A stretch of 51,975 bases of DNA, filler included, from Spirochaetales bacterium (GTDB lineage: Bacteria; Spirochaetota; Spirochaetia; Treponematales; UBA12059), in assembly GCA_016928955.1 (NCBI GenBank). It is 2 parts of 2 records of this genome, joined end to end, with 100 filler letters (N's around TTAATTAATTAA, not from the genome) between each part and the next. Parts side by side here need not be neighbours in the genome. Positions count along the whole stretch, not along the records: positions 25,613 to 51,975 come from JAFGJV010000030.1; 1 more part is not named here. One strand, 5' to 3'. Below the pieces are notes generated by a model. It was not told where the DNA came from. It saw nothing but the letters and a program-made list of their open reading frames with translations, and did no database searches. Position 1 is the stretch's first letter; each line of letters begins with the position of its first letter. Both the position numbers and the translations under genes were made by a program. Below are positions 36,917 to 45,365 of this stretch, in pieces.

Positions 36917-38647
36917 ATGAGTTCGCGCGACGATTTCTACCCCGACTGGTTTGAAGGCGACCTGCCGCCCAAAAGTTTCCGCTCCATACTCAAGTGGGGC
37001 GACCCTGCCGAATACAAGCACCCCAACCGCAAGCTGTACAGGCTGATGAAGCGCACGTTCGGCCTGGACGACGACTGGTTCCACACCAAACGGAACCTGG
37101 GCCTGGACGAAGTGCCGGACTCGTCGCCCTGCCGCCTTGACCCTGAGCACGCGCGCCATCTGGCCGGCATTGTGGGACCGGAAAACGCCCACACGGATAC
37201 CTACCAGCGCCTGCGCGTGGCCTACGGCAAGACCATGGCCGACCTCATGCGCCTGCGTACCGGCGTCGTGGAGAACCTGCCCGACCTGGTGCTGTGGCCG
37301 CGCGACCGCGCAGACCTGCGCGCCATCGTCGACTATTGCGAGCGGCACGCCATACCCCTGTATGTGTACGGCGGAGGGTCGTCCGTCACCCGTGGCGTGG
37401 AAGCCGTCAAGGGCGGCGTAACCGTGGACATGCGCGTCCACCTGACCCGTGTCCTGGATTTTGACGAGAGGAACCAGACCATAACCGTTGAGGCGGGCAT
37501 GAGCGGCCCGGAGCTTGAGCGCGTGCTCCGCGACGCTCCCCGGACCCTGAAGGCAAAGCGGGCCTACACCTGCGGCCACCTGCCCCAGAGCTTTGAGTAC
37601 TCCGTGGTGGGCGGCTGGGTGGTCACGCGCGGGGCCGGGCAGAACTCAACCTACTACGGCAAGATAGAGGACATGGTTCTGGCACAGGATTACGTGTGCC
37701 CGCTCGGCAGGGATATCGTCACCAAGCCCTTTCCCGCCGCCGCCAACGGTCCGGACGTTGACCAGCTCATGATGGGCTCAGAGGGCGCTTTTGGCATCCT
37801 GTACTCCGCCACGCTCAAGCTGCGCCGCTACATGCCGCGGAACACGCGCCGCTTTTCCTTCATCTTCCGCGACTGGGAGAGCGCCAAGGACGCAGCGCGC
37901 GAGATCATGCAGGGCGAATTCGGGCTGCCCAGCGTGTTCCGCCTGTCCGACGCGGAGGAAACGGACGTGGCCCTCAAGCTGTACGGCGTGGACGGAACGC
38001 CCCTGGACACCGTCATGACCCTGGCGGGCTACAAGCCAGGCGAGCGCTGTCTGCTCCTGGGCACGTCGGACGGCCAGGCCGGGTTCACGCGCCACGTCAA
38101 ACGCATGGTCAGGCGCGTGTGCCGGAGGCACGGGGCCCTGTACACCACGGGCTGGGTGCAGAAGTCCTGGGAGCACGGCCGCTTCCGCGACCCCTACATG
38201 CGCGAGGACCTGCAGGATTACGGCATCATGATAGACACCCTGGAATGCTCGGTCACCTGGTCCAACCTGGAGCACGTGCACACGGGCGTGCGCGCGTATT
38301 GCCACTCGCGCCCGGACACGATATGCATGACGCACATGTCCCACGTGTACCCGCAGGGCTGCAACCTGTACTTCATCTTCATAGCCAAGATGGACAGCCT
38401 GGACGAGTACCTGGCCTACCAGCGCGGCATCCTGGACGCCATACAGGCCCACGGAGCCACCATGAGCCACCACCACGGCATAGGCAAGGCCTTTGCCCCC
38501 TGGCTGGAAGGCGACGTGGGTCCCCAGCTCATGGACGTGTTCCGCGCCCTCAAACGCCACTTTGACCCGGCCAATATCCTGAACCCCGGCGGCACCCTGG
38601 GCTTGGACCTTCCCGAGTCGGAGAAGCGGGTACTGCCAAAAGCGTAA
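36917..38647 (+). CDS. FAD-linked oxidase, alkyl-dihydroxyacetonephosphate synthase-like
   Basis: YGGGSSV, GHLPQSFEYSVVGGW..TRGAGQ.STYYGKIED, GSEGAFG, HMSHVY, SHHHGIG, NPG. Confidence 0.88.
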   Translation: MSSRDDFYPDWFEGDLPPKSFRSILKWGDPAEYKHPNRKLYRLMKRTFGLDDDWFHTKRNLGLDEVPDSSPCRLDPEHARHLAGIVGPENAHTDTYQRLRVAYGKTMADLMRLRTGVVENLPDLVLWPRDRADLRAIVDYCERHAIPLYVYGGGSSVTRGVEAVKGGVTVDMRVHLTRVLDFDERNQTITVEAGMSGPELERVLRDAPRTLKAKRAYTCGHLPQSFEYSVVGGWVVTRGAGQNSTYYGKIEDMVLAQDYVCPLGRDIVTKPFPAAANGPDVDQLMMGSEGAFGILYSATLKLRRYMPRNTRRFSFIFRDWESAKDAAREIMQGEFGLPSVFRLSDAEETDVALKLYGVDGTPLDTVMTLAGYKPGERCLLLGTSDGQAGFTRHVKRMVRRVCRRHGALYTTGWVQKSWEHGRFRDPYMREDLQDYGIMIDTLECSVTWSNLEHVHTGVRAYCHSRPDTICMTHMSHVYPQGCNLYFIFIAKMDSLDEYLAYQRGILDAIQAHGATMSHHHGIGKAFAPWLEGDVGPQLMDVFRALKRHFDPANILNPGGTLGLDLPESEKRVLPKA

Positions 38648-38981
38648 GCGTAGCGGCGGGGTTGCGGCGGCTTGAAGGCAGCCGTTGCCCCGCTCGGATA
38701 TAGACGCCGCGTAGCCTGGCGGTGCGGGTCCAGTTGAGCCTCTTGACAAAGCCAAATACGCCATGTAATAAGGTTTCCGCGGTGATGTGAAATTCCTGTA
38801 ATAAACGGTCGCTGCCTTGGGCCGTGCATGTTTCATCGGCGCAGACGGAGCATCATTTGTTAAGGCCTCAGATACGGATCGCTTTATTGCGTCTCACATC
38901 TTCCGTAGCGCGGGTCTCTTCAGCGGCTTACTAAGCCGGCGTACTGAGGAATTCATCGCGTATTTCGTTTTAGGGGGTTGT

Positions 38982-39491
38982 ATGAAAAAGCATCTCTTTG
39001 TCGTCGTCCTTCTTGTGTTGGCCGTGGGATTCGCGTCGGCCCAGAACGCCTCTAGCGTTCAGTCCGCCGGATATGACAACTACCTAGGCTATAACATTGT
39101 GGGTATGCTGGCCGGCGCCCTCAGCCAGCCGGTTTCCCTCGGCATCGAGGGCGGATTCCAGCACTCTTTCGGCTTGCTGGGACTCGACCTTGGCGTTGGC
39201 TATTCCAGGTTCCTGGATTACGATCTGTCCGCGTTCACGGTGCTGGCTGGCCCGGTGCTCTTCTTCGGCAACGAGGGCGTGAAGGGTCTGTGGGCCAGGG
39301 CTCGTGGTGGTATCATCAGCCTGACCGAGAACGGCATCGGCTCGATCTATTTTTGCGCAGACGCCCATCTTGGCTACAACGTAGTCATAGATAGCATGAT
39401 GATGCCCATGGTACTAGGTCCCTTCGCAGGTATCGTATACGCGGGGCAGGCCAGGTTCCAGTGGGGACTTAATTTAGGCTGGGCGTTCTAA
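38982..39491 (+). CDS. Putative small outer-membrane beta-barrel protein
   Basis: Signal peptide ending ASA; alternating hydrophobic/Gly strands; C-terminal GLNLGWAF. Confidence 0.7.
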   Translation: MKKHLFVVVLLVLAVGFASAQNASSVQSAGYDNYLGYNIVGMLAGALSQPVSLGIEGGFQHSFGLLGLDLGVGYSRFLDYDLSAFTVLAGPVLFFGNEGVKGLWARARGGIISLTENGIGSIYFCADAHLGYNVVIDSMMMPMVLGPFAGIVYAGQARFQWGLNLGWAF

Positions 39492-39560
39492 TTTTTACTA
39501 ACAGAAAAGCATTCATGTTTTTGTTTTGCCCTGATTCCTAGCGCTTTTGGAATTAGACGA

Positions 39561-39597
39561 CGCGCCGCGCCCTTCATGGGGCGGCGCGCTTCTTTTC
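39561..39597 (+). terminator. Intrinsic terminator
   Basis: CGCGCCGC...GCGGCGCG followed by CTTCTTTT. Confidence 0.6.
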
Positions 39598-39715
39598 TCA
39601 GAACGCGTATTCTGCCTGTGTAACTAAAATAGGACTTGACAATTTCCGGGATTCGCGCGCAAGCTTGCGTATTGGCTCATAGTAACACCAAGGGGCCAGT
39701 ACGCAAGGAGGATCC

Positions 39716-40837
39716 ATGAAGCGCGCGTTCCTTATCCTCGCGGCCACGTTGGTCGCGTTCGGGCTTGCCGGTTGCGGCGGGCAGGATGTAATCAAGATCG
39801 GCGGTGTTGCCCCGTATACGGGAGAAGCCGCTACCTTTGGCGTGTCCAGCAAGCAGGGTATGGAACTGGCTATCGAGGAGTGGAACGCCGCAGGCGGTCT
39901 CCTTGGCAAGCAGATAAAGCTCGTGTTCGCGGACGACAAGGGTGACCCCGCCGAGGGCGCCACGGTGTACACCAAGCTGATCAAGCAGGACGAGGTCGTG
40001 GCCATAGTCGGCACGGTCATGTCCAAGGTAACCCTGGCGGGCGCTCCCATAGCGCAGAACGCCGGCGTGCCCATGATCAGCCCTACGTCCACCAACACCA
40101 AGGTGACCGAGGTTGGCGACTACATTTTCCGCGCCTGCTTCATCGATCCCTTCCAGGGTACGGTCGGCGCCAAGTTCGCCTTTGAAGACCTGGGCGCTCG
40201 CACAGCGGCGGCCATCTTTGACGTGGGCAACGACTACACCAAGGGCCTGTCCGAGGCCTTTGCCGCCAAGTTCACGGAGCTCGGCGGATCCATGGTCGCC
40301 TTTGAGGCCCATCCCACCGGCGCCACGGATTTCAAGGCCCAGCTGACCAAGATAGTCCAGGCCAACCCTGACGTGCTGTATGTGTCCGACTACTACAACG
40401 ACGTGGCCCTGATAGCCAAGCAGGTGCGCGAGCTCGGCTTTACCGGTCCCATGGTGGGCGGTGACGGCTGGGATTCGCCCGAGCTGACGGCCATTGGCGG
40501 CGACGCTGTTGAGAACGGCTTCTTTACCAACCACTACTCCAAGGACGACACGCGCCCCGAGGTCCGGGAATTCGTGGCCAAGTTCAACGCCAAGTTCGGC
40601 GCCGAGCCCGATGCCCTGGCCACCCTGGCCTATGACGGCATGTACCTCATGCTCAGCGCCATCAAGAACGCGGGCAGCACCGACGGAGTGGCCATCAAGA
40701 ATTCCATGAAGGCGCTCAGGCTCCCGGTCGTGTCGGGAACGGTCCAGTTTGACGAGAACCGCAATCCGGTCAAGTCCGCCGTCATTATCGAGATTAAGGG
40801 CGGCAAGCAGGTATACCGGACCACGGTGAACCCGTAA
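39716..40837 (+). CDS. Branched-chain amino acid ABC transporter substrate-binding lipoprotein (LivJ/K family)
   Basis: LAGC lipobox; NAAGGLLGK, DYIFRACFIDPFQG, DFKAQLTKI. Confidence 0.93.
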   Translation: MKRAFLILAATLVAFGLAGCGGQDVIKIGGVAPYTGEAATFGVSSKQGMELAIEEWNAAGGLLGKQIKLVFADDKGDPAEGATVYTKLIKQDEVVAIVGTVMSKVTLAGAPIAQNAGVPMISPTSTNTKVTEVGDYIFRACFIDPFQGTVGAKFAFEDLGARTAAAIFDVGNDYTKGLSEAFAAKFTELGGSMVAFEAHPTGATDFKAQLTKIVQANPDVLYVSDYYNDVALIAKQVRELGFTGPMVGGDGWDSPELTAIGGDAVENGFFTNHYSKDDTRPEVREFVAKFNAKFGAEPDALATLAYDGMYLMLSAIKNAGSTDGVAIKNSMKALRLPVVSGTVQFDENRNPVKSAVIIEIKGGKQVYRTTVNP

Positions 40838-40857
40838 GCCCGACGGTATGTAGCTCC

Positions 40858-40884
40858 AAAGAGGGCCCGGGCTGGGCCCTCTTT
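40858..40884 (+). terminator. Intercistronic hairpin after the binding-protein gene
   Basis: AAAGAGGGCCC-GGGCT-GGGCCCTCTTT. Confidence 0.65.
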
Positions 40885-40906
40885 CTGTATAGACACGGGA
40901 GGCAGC

Positions 40907-41818
40907 ATGGGATCCATTTTCAACGCCCAGCAGATAGTCAACGGGCTTCAGCTGGGATCCATCTACGCGCTCATAGCCCTGGGCTACACGATGGTGTACG
41001 GCATCGTGCGGCTCATCAACTTTGCGCACGGCGATTTTTTCATGGTTGGCGCGTACGCGGCCTACGGGGCGTTCTTCCTGTTCAACGCCTTCCTGGGCGG
41101 CTCCGGATTGCCTATGGCCGCGGTGACGCTTATCGTCGCCATGGCGGCCGGCAGTGTGGTGGCGGCCCTGACCAATCGCTTTGCGTACAAGCCGCTCCGC
41201 AACAAACCCAAGTTGTCCTCGCTCATTACCGCGATTGGCGTATCCATGCTGATCGAGTACCTGTTCTCGGCCCTGCCCTTCATCGGCGCCTCGTTCCGCG
41301 CCTTCCCCGTCCTTATCGAGCAGAAGCTGTATAAAATCGGCACGGCTACCATTTCCAACTACGTGGTCATAGACCTGCTGGTCGCGGCCACGCTGATGAT
41401 AGGCCTGACCTTCCTGGTACGGAAAACGGCCCTTGGGCGGGCCATGCGTGCCGTGTCGCAGGACAAGGACGCGGCCAAGCTCATGGGCATAGACGTTGAA
41501 CGGGTGATCGGCTGGACCTTCCTGATAGGCGGGGCTTTTGCCGGCGCGGCCGGCCTCCTGGCCGGCATGACCTATCCGCGCATCTTCCCCTACATGGGCA
41601 TTTTGCCCGGCCTTAAGGCCTTCATAGCGGCGGTGCTCGGCGGCATAGGCAACATACCCGGGGCCATGCTCGGCGCCTACATCATGGGCCTTGCGGAGAC
41701 CTTTGCATCCGCGTTCAACTCGCTTCTTGGCGAGGGCATAGCCTTTGCCATCCTCATCCTGGTCCTTCTCGTCCGGCCGCGCGGCCTCCTTGGCGAGAAG
41801 TCCGCGGACAAGATCTAG
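40907..41818 (+). CDS. livH: BCAA ABC transporter permease
   Basis: GSIYALIALGYTMVYGI..INFAHGD, AAVLGGIG. Confidence 0.93.
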   Translation: MGSIFNAQQIVNGLQLGSIYALIALGYTMVYGIVRLINFAHGDFFMVGAYAAYGAFFLFNAFLGGSGLPMAAVTLIVAMAAGSVVAALTNRFAYKPLRNKPKLSSLITAIGVSMLIEYLFSALPFIGASFRAFPVLIEQKLYKIGTATISNYVVIDLLVAATLMIGLTFLVRKTALGRAMRAVSQDKDAAKLMGIDVERVIGWTFLIGGAFAGAAGLLAGMTYPRIFPYMGILPGLKAFIAAVLGGIGNIPGAMLGAYIMGLAETFASAFNSLLGEGIAFAILILVLLVRPRGLLGEKSADKI

Positions 41819-41826
41819 GGGGAAGC

Positions 41827-42816
41827 ATGAATAGCTTGAAGACGCCCCGTCTGCTCTTTGCCGCGGCGGGCCTGTACGTTGTCATTCTGGTCATGAACCT
41901 GACCGGGCTGCTCAACGACTACTTTTTGCACATCATCAACCAGTCGCTCATCTACGTGACGTTGACCGTGTCGCTGAACCTGATTAACGGCCTTACCGGC
42001 CAGTTTTCTTTGGGCCACATGGGCTTTGCCGCCGTTGGCGCCTACGTGTCCGGCACCATAACCACGCTGCTGTTCAACGTCAAGCCGACCCTGGTGAATT
42101 ATCCAATCTTTGTGCTGGCCCTGGTCATCGGCGGCCTTGCCGCGGCCCTGGTTGGCGTGCTGATCGGCTTTCCGTCGCTCAGGCTCAAGGGCGACTACCT
42201 GGCCATTGTCACCCTGGGCTTTGGGGAGATCATCAGGACCATCCTGAACAACATCTCGGTGGTGGGCGGACCGCGTGGCCTCTTGGGCATACCCAAGTTC
42301 TCCAATTTCCACGTGGTGTTCGTGGTGGCCTTCGTCACCCTGGTGGTGGTCAGGAACCTGGCCCAGTCGTCCCATGGCAGGGCCTTCCTGGCCATACGGG
42401 AGAACGAGCTGGCCGCCGAGCTGGTCGGCCTCAACACCACACGCTACAAGGTGATGGCCTTTGCCATAGGCGCGTTCTTCGCCGGTGTGGCCGGCGGCCT
42501 CCTTGGGCATCTCCTCCAGATGGCCCATCCCACGCAGTTCGGGTTCCTCGGCTCGGTGCTGGTCCTCATCATGCTGTACGCCGGCGGCGTGGGGTCGCTG
42601 ACAGGCTCCGTGATAGCGGCCTTTGCCCTGACCTTCCTGACGGAGACCCTGCGCATGGTGCTGGACAGCCTGTCTGACATGACCAACCTGCCCCTGGGCG
42701 ACTGGCGCATGGTCCTGTACGCCCTCCTGCTCATACTCATCATGCTGTTCAGAACGGAGGGCCTCATGGGCACCCGGGAAGCCAAGATCGTCGTTTTGAA
42801 GGAGGACCAGCTGTGA
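41827..42816 (+). CDS. livM: BCAA ABC transporter permease
   Basis: GQFSLGH, LRLKGDYLAIVTLGFGEI. Confidence 0.93.
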   Translation: MNSLKTPRLLFAAAGLYVVILVMNLTGLLNDYFLHIINQSLIYVTLTVSLNLINGLTGQFSLGHMGFAAVGAYVSGTITTLLFNVKPTLVNYPIFVLALVIGGLAAALVGVLIGFPSLRLKGDYLAIVTLGFGEIIRTILNNISVVGGPRGLLGIPKFSNFHVVFVVAFVTLVVVRNLAQSSHGRAFLAIRENELAAELVGLNTTRYKVMAFAIGAFFAGVAGGLLGHLLQMAHPTQFGFLGSVLVLIMLYAGGVGSLTGSVIAAFALTFLTETLRMVLDSLSDMTNLPLGDWRMVLYALLLILIMLFRTEGLMGTREAKIVVLKEDQL

Positions 42817-43589
42817 GCGCCCTCCTTTCCATCCGCAACATGACCCACTATTTCGGCGGCCTCAAGGCGGTGTCGGAGTTCTCATACGACATACCGCCCG
42901 GGGTCATCTACGGCCTCATAGGCCCCAACGGTTCGGGCAAGACTACCACCTTCAACCTGATCACGGGCATATACCGCCCCACCCAGGGCCAGGTATTCCT
43001 GGAGGACCGGGACATAACGGCGCAGAAGCCGTATCTGATCGTGCGCGCCGGCATAGGCCGCACCTTCCAGAACCTGCGCATATTCGGCGGCATGTCGGTC
43101 CTGGACAACATACGCGCGGCCAAGCAATACCGGGCAAAAAGCTGGATGTTGTCCTCGGTTTTGCGCCTGCCGGGCTTCATGAACGAGGAAAAGCGCATTC
43201 GCGACGAGTCCATGGCCCTGCTGGACGTCCTCCACCTTGCGGACCGCGCCGGCGACCTGGCGCGCAACCTGCCGTACGGAGCCCTCAGGCGCCTGGAGAT
43301 AGCGCGCGCCCTGGCCACGGAACCCAAGCTCCTGTTGCTGGACGAGCCGGCGGCGGGCATGAATCCCAAGGAGGTCCAGGACCTCATGAAGCTGGTGCAG
43401 CGGGTCCGGGACGAGTTCAAGGTGACCGTGTTCCTGATCGAGCATCACATGAAGGTGATCATGGGCATCTGCGAATACGTCAAGGTGCTGGACTTTGGCA
43501 CGACCATAGCGGAAGGCAAGCCAGACGACGTTGGCCGGGACGCCAAGGTTTTGGAAGCCTACCTGGGCAAGAAGGGGGCCGCATGCTGA
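42813..43589 (+). CDS. livG: BCAA ABC transporter ATPase
   Basis: GPNGSGKTT, RTFQN, LPYG..RRLEIARAL, IEH. Confidence 0.93.
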   Translation: MSALLSIRNMTHYFGGLKAVSEFSYDIPPGVIYGLIGPNGSGKTTTFNLITGIYRPTQGQVFLEDRDITAQKPYLIVRAGIGRTFQNLRIFGGMSVLDNIRAAKQYRAKSWMLSSVLRLPGFMNEEKRIRDESMALLDVLHLADRAGDLARNLPYGALRRLEIARALATEPKLLLLDEPAAGMNPKEVQDLMKLVQRVRDEFKVTVFLIEHHMKVIMGICEYVKVLDFGTTIAEGKPDDVGRDAKVLEAYLGKKGAAC

Positions 43590-44287
43590 GCGTTAAGAAC
43601 CTCAAGGTGGCCTATGGCCAGATTGTGGCCCTCAAGGACGTGTCGTTCGAGGTACCTGCGGGCAAGATCGTTACCCTGATCGGGGCCAACGGAGCCGGCA
43701 AAACCACCACCCTGCGGGCCGTATCGGGCCTTGAAAAACCGGTGGCCGGTTCCATCACGTTCAAGGGCCAGGAGGTGGGCGGCATGGACGCCCACAAGCT
43801 CGTGTCGCTCGGCATAGCCCACGTACCGGAAGGCCGGAAGATATTCCCCACGCTGACGGTGCGGGAAAACCTGGAGCTTGCCGGGTGGACCATCAAGGAC
43901 AAGGCCGAGGTACGCCGGCGCATGGACGAGGTGTTCACCTTCTTTCCCCGCGTGGCCGAGCGCGTGGGACAGCTGGGCGGCACCCTCTCAGGCGGCGAAC
44001 AGCAGATGCTGGCGGTAGGCCGGGCCATCGTGACCGGCGGAGACCTCTTGCTGTTGGATGAGCCGTCCATGGGCCTGGCTCCCGTGCTGGTGGACGAGAT
44101 CTTCGACAAGATCGTCGCCATCAACAAGCAGGGAACCACCGTGCTCCTGGTCGAGCAGAATGCCGCAGAGGCCCTGGAAATAGCGGATTTTGCCTATGTG
44201 CTTGAAACCGGCTACACCACCATAGCCGGGCCGGCCGACCAGGTGTCCTGTGACGCCAAGGTCCGAGAGGCCTATTTGGGCGTGTAA
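43583..44287 (+). CDS. livF: BCAA ABC transporter ATPase
   Basis: GANGAGKTT, VPEGR, LSGGEQQM, LDEPSMGLAP. Confidence 0.94.
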   Translation: MLSVKNLKVAYGQIVALKDVSFEVPAGKIVTLIGANGAGKTTTLRAVSGLEKPVAGSITFKGQEVGGMDAHKLVSLGIAHVPEGRKIFPTLTVRENLELAGWTIKDKAEVRRRMDEVFTFFPRVAERVGQLGGTLSGGEQQMLAVGRAIVTGGDLLLLDEPSMGLAPVLVDEIFDKIVAINKQGTTVLLVEQNAAEALEIADFAYVLETGYTTIAGPADQVSCDAKVREAYLGV

Positions 44288-44308
44288 ACGGCATGTTTTG
44301 TTTCTGGC

Positions 44309-44335
44309 AGGCCGCCCCCTTGGGGGCGGCTTTTG
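44309..44335 (+). terminator. Terminator of the liv operon
   Basis: GCCGCCCCC-TT-GGGGGCGGC-TTTT. Confidence 0.85.
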
Positions 44336-44377
44336 TATTAAGTACTTTCTCTAAAAAGAAATATTCTTTTGCTTAAT

Positions 44378-44453
44378 GATATGTTATAAAAATAATATAT
44401 CAAAATAATATGTAAATATAATTGACAAATACTATAACAACATATTATAACAA
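44378..44453 (+). promoter_or_regulatory. AT-rich promoter with operator-like repeats
   Basis: TTGACA at 44422 with TATAAC 18 nt downstream; AAAATAATAT twice and TATAACAA twice, each pair 13 bp apart. Confidence 0.7.
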
Positions 44454-44475
44454 AGTATGCTTAGAGGAGGTTCTT

Positions 44476-45168
44476 ATGAACGCGACAAGCAACGACAAAC
44501 TGACTGGATTGCCCGGCCGGGTAGCCTTTGAGGGTATCCTGTCCGCCGCCATGGCCGAATCGGGTCCGGTGACCGTGGCCCTGGTGGACGTGGATCACTT
44601 TGCCCGGCACAACAAAGAGCTGGGGCATGAAGGCGGAGACGCCATACTCAAGGCCGTTGCAGCCGGCTTGAGCGCCATGCCGGGGGCCACCGTCCTGCGG
44701 TACGGCGGCGACGAGTTTGCGGCCGTGTTCCCCGGCCTGGAGCGGGAGCAGGCGTTCCTGCGCCTTGAGAAGGCAAGGGAAGCGCTGTCGGCAACCGCCT
44801 CCATTTCGGCGGCCGGCCGAGATATCCGGGTCAAACTGAGCGTCAGCGCGGGCGTGGCCGCGGCGCCCATAGACGGCTCCACGGAAGCCGAATTGCTGCG
44901 CAAGGCAGACGGCGCCCTGTACCGCGCCAAGCTCGGCGGCCGCAACAAGGTCATGCTGGCCTTTGAGGAGCGCATGGCGCCAAAGACCAGCCACTTTACC
45001 GTGACCCAGCTTGAGCGCCTGTCCGAGCTGGCCAAGGACCAGGGCGTGGGCGAGGCGGTCCTGCTCCGGGAGGCCCTGGACGATCTCCTGGTCAAGCATT
45101 TGCACGCGTTCAGGACCATGGATGAGCTTTTAGACAGGCATCTTCATGGGGTAGACAAGGAAGCATGA
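44476..45168 (+). CDS. GGDEF domain fused to a C-terminal ribbon-helix-helix DNA-binding domain
   Basis: DKLTGL, DVDHF, GHEGGD, RYGGDEF, ADGALYRAK..GRN, then KTSHFTVTQLERLSELAKDQGVGEAVLLREALDDLL; GAGGAGG RBS. Confidence 0.85.
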   Translation: MNATSNDKLTGLPGRVAFEGILSAAMAESGPVTVALVDVDHFARHNKELGHEGGDAILKAVAAGLSAMPGATVLRYGGDEFAAVFPGLEREQAFLRLEKAREALSATASISAAGRDIRVKLSVSAGVAAAPIDGSTEAELLRKADGALYRAKLGGRNKVMLAFEERMAPKTSHFTVTQLERLSELAKDQGVGEAVLLREALDDLLVKHLHAFRTMDELLDRHLHGVDKEA

Positions 45169-45365
45169 GCGGGGAACGTGCCCGCGCCACCCGGGGCAGG
45201 GCCGCTCCACGTTTCCAGGCTGGCTCGCGTATCGTGGGCCGGTCTCTTTTTATAGATATATAATGGAAGAAAAAATATTTATTGTGCGATTACTAAAGTG
45301 GGTCTACCATCCTACGCAAGGCCTTGCATGAGGCCCCTATGCCATGGAACCTGGAGGGATGGTCC

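Noticed and set aside
35021..37579. 852-aa minus-strand ORF and similar long antisense or overlapping ORFs across the window
   Set aside because: These are shadow frames caused by high GC3 opposite well-supported genes, with no motifs of their own.
38770..38981. Riboswitch in the long leader of the OMP gene
   Set aside because: No known aptamer consensus or convincing stem set was recognised.
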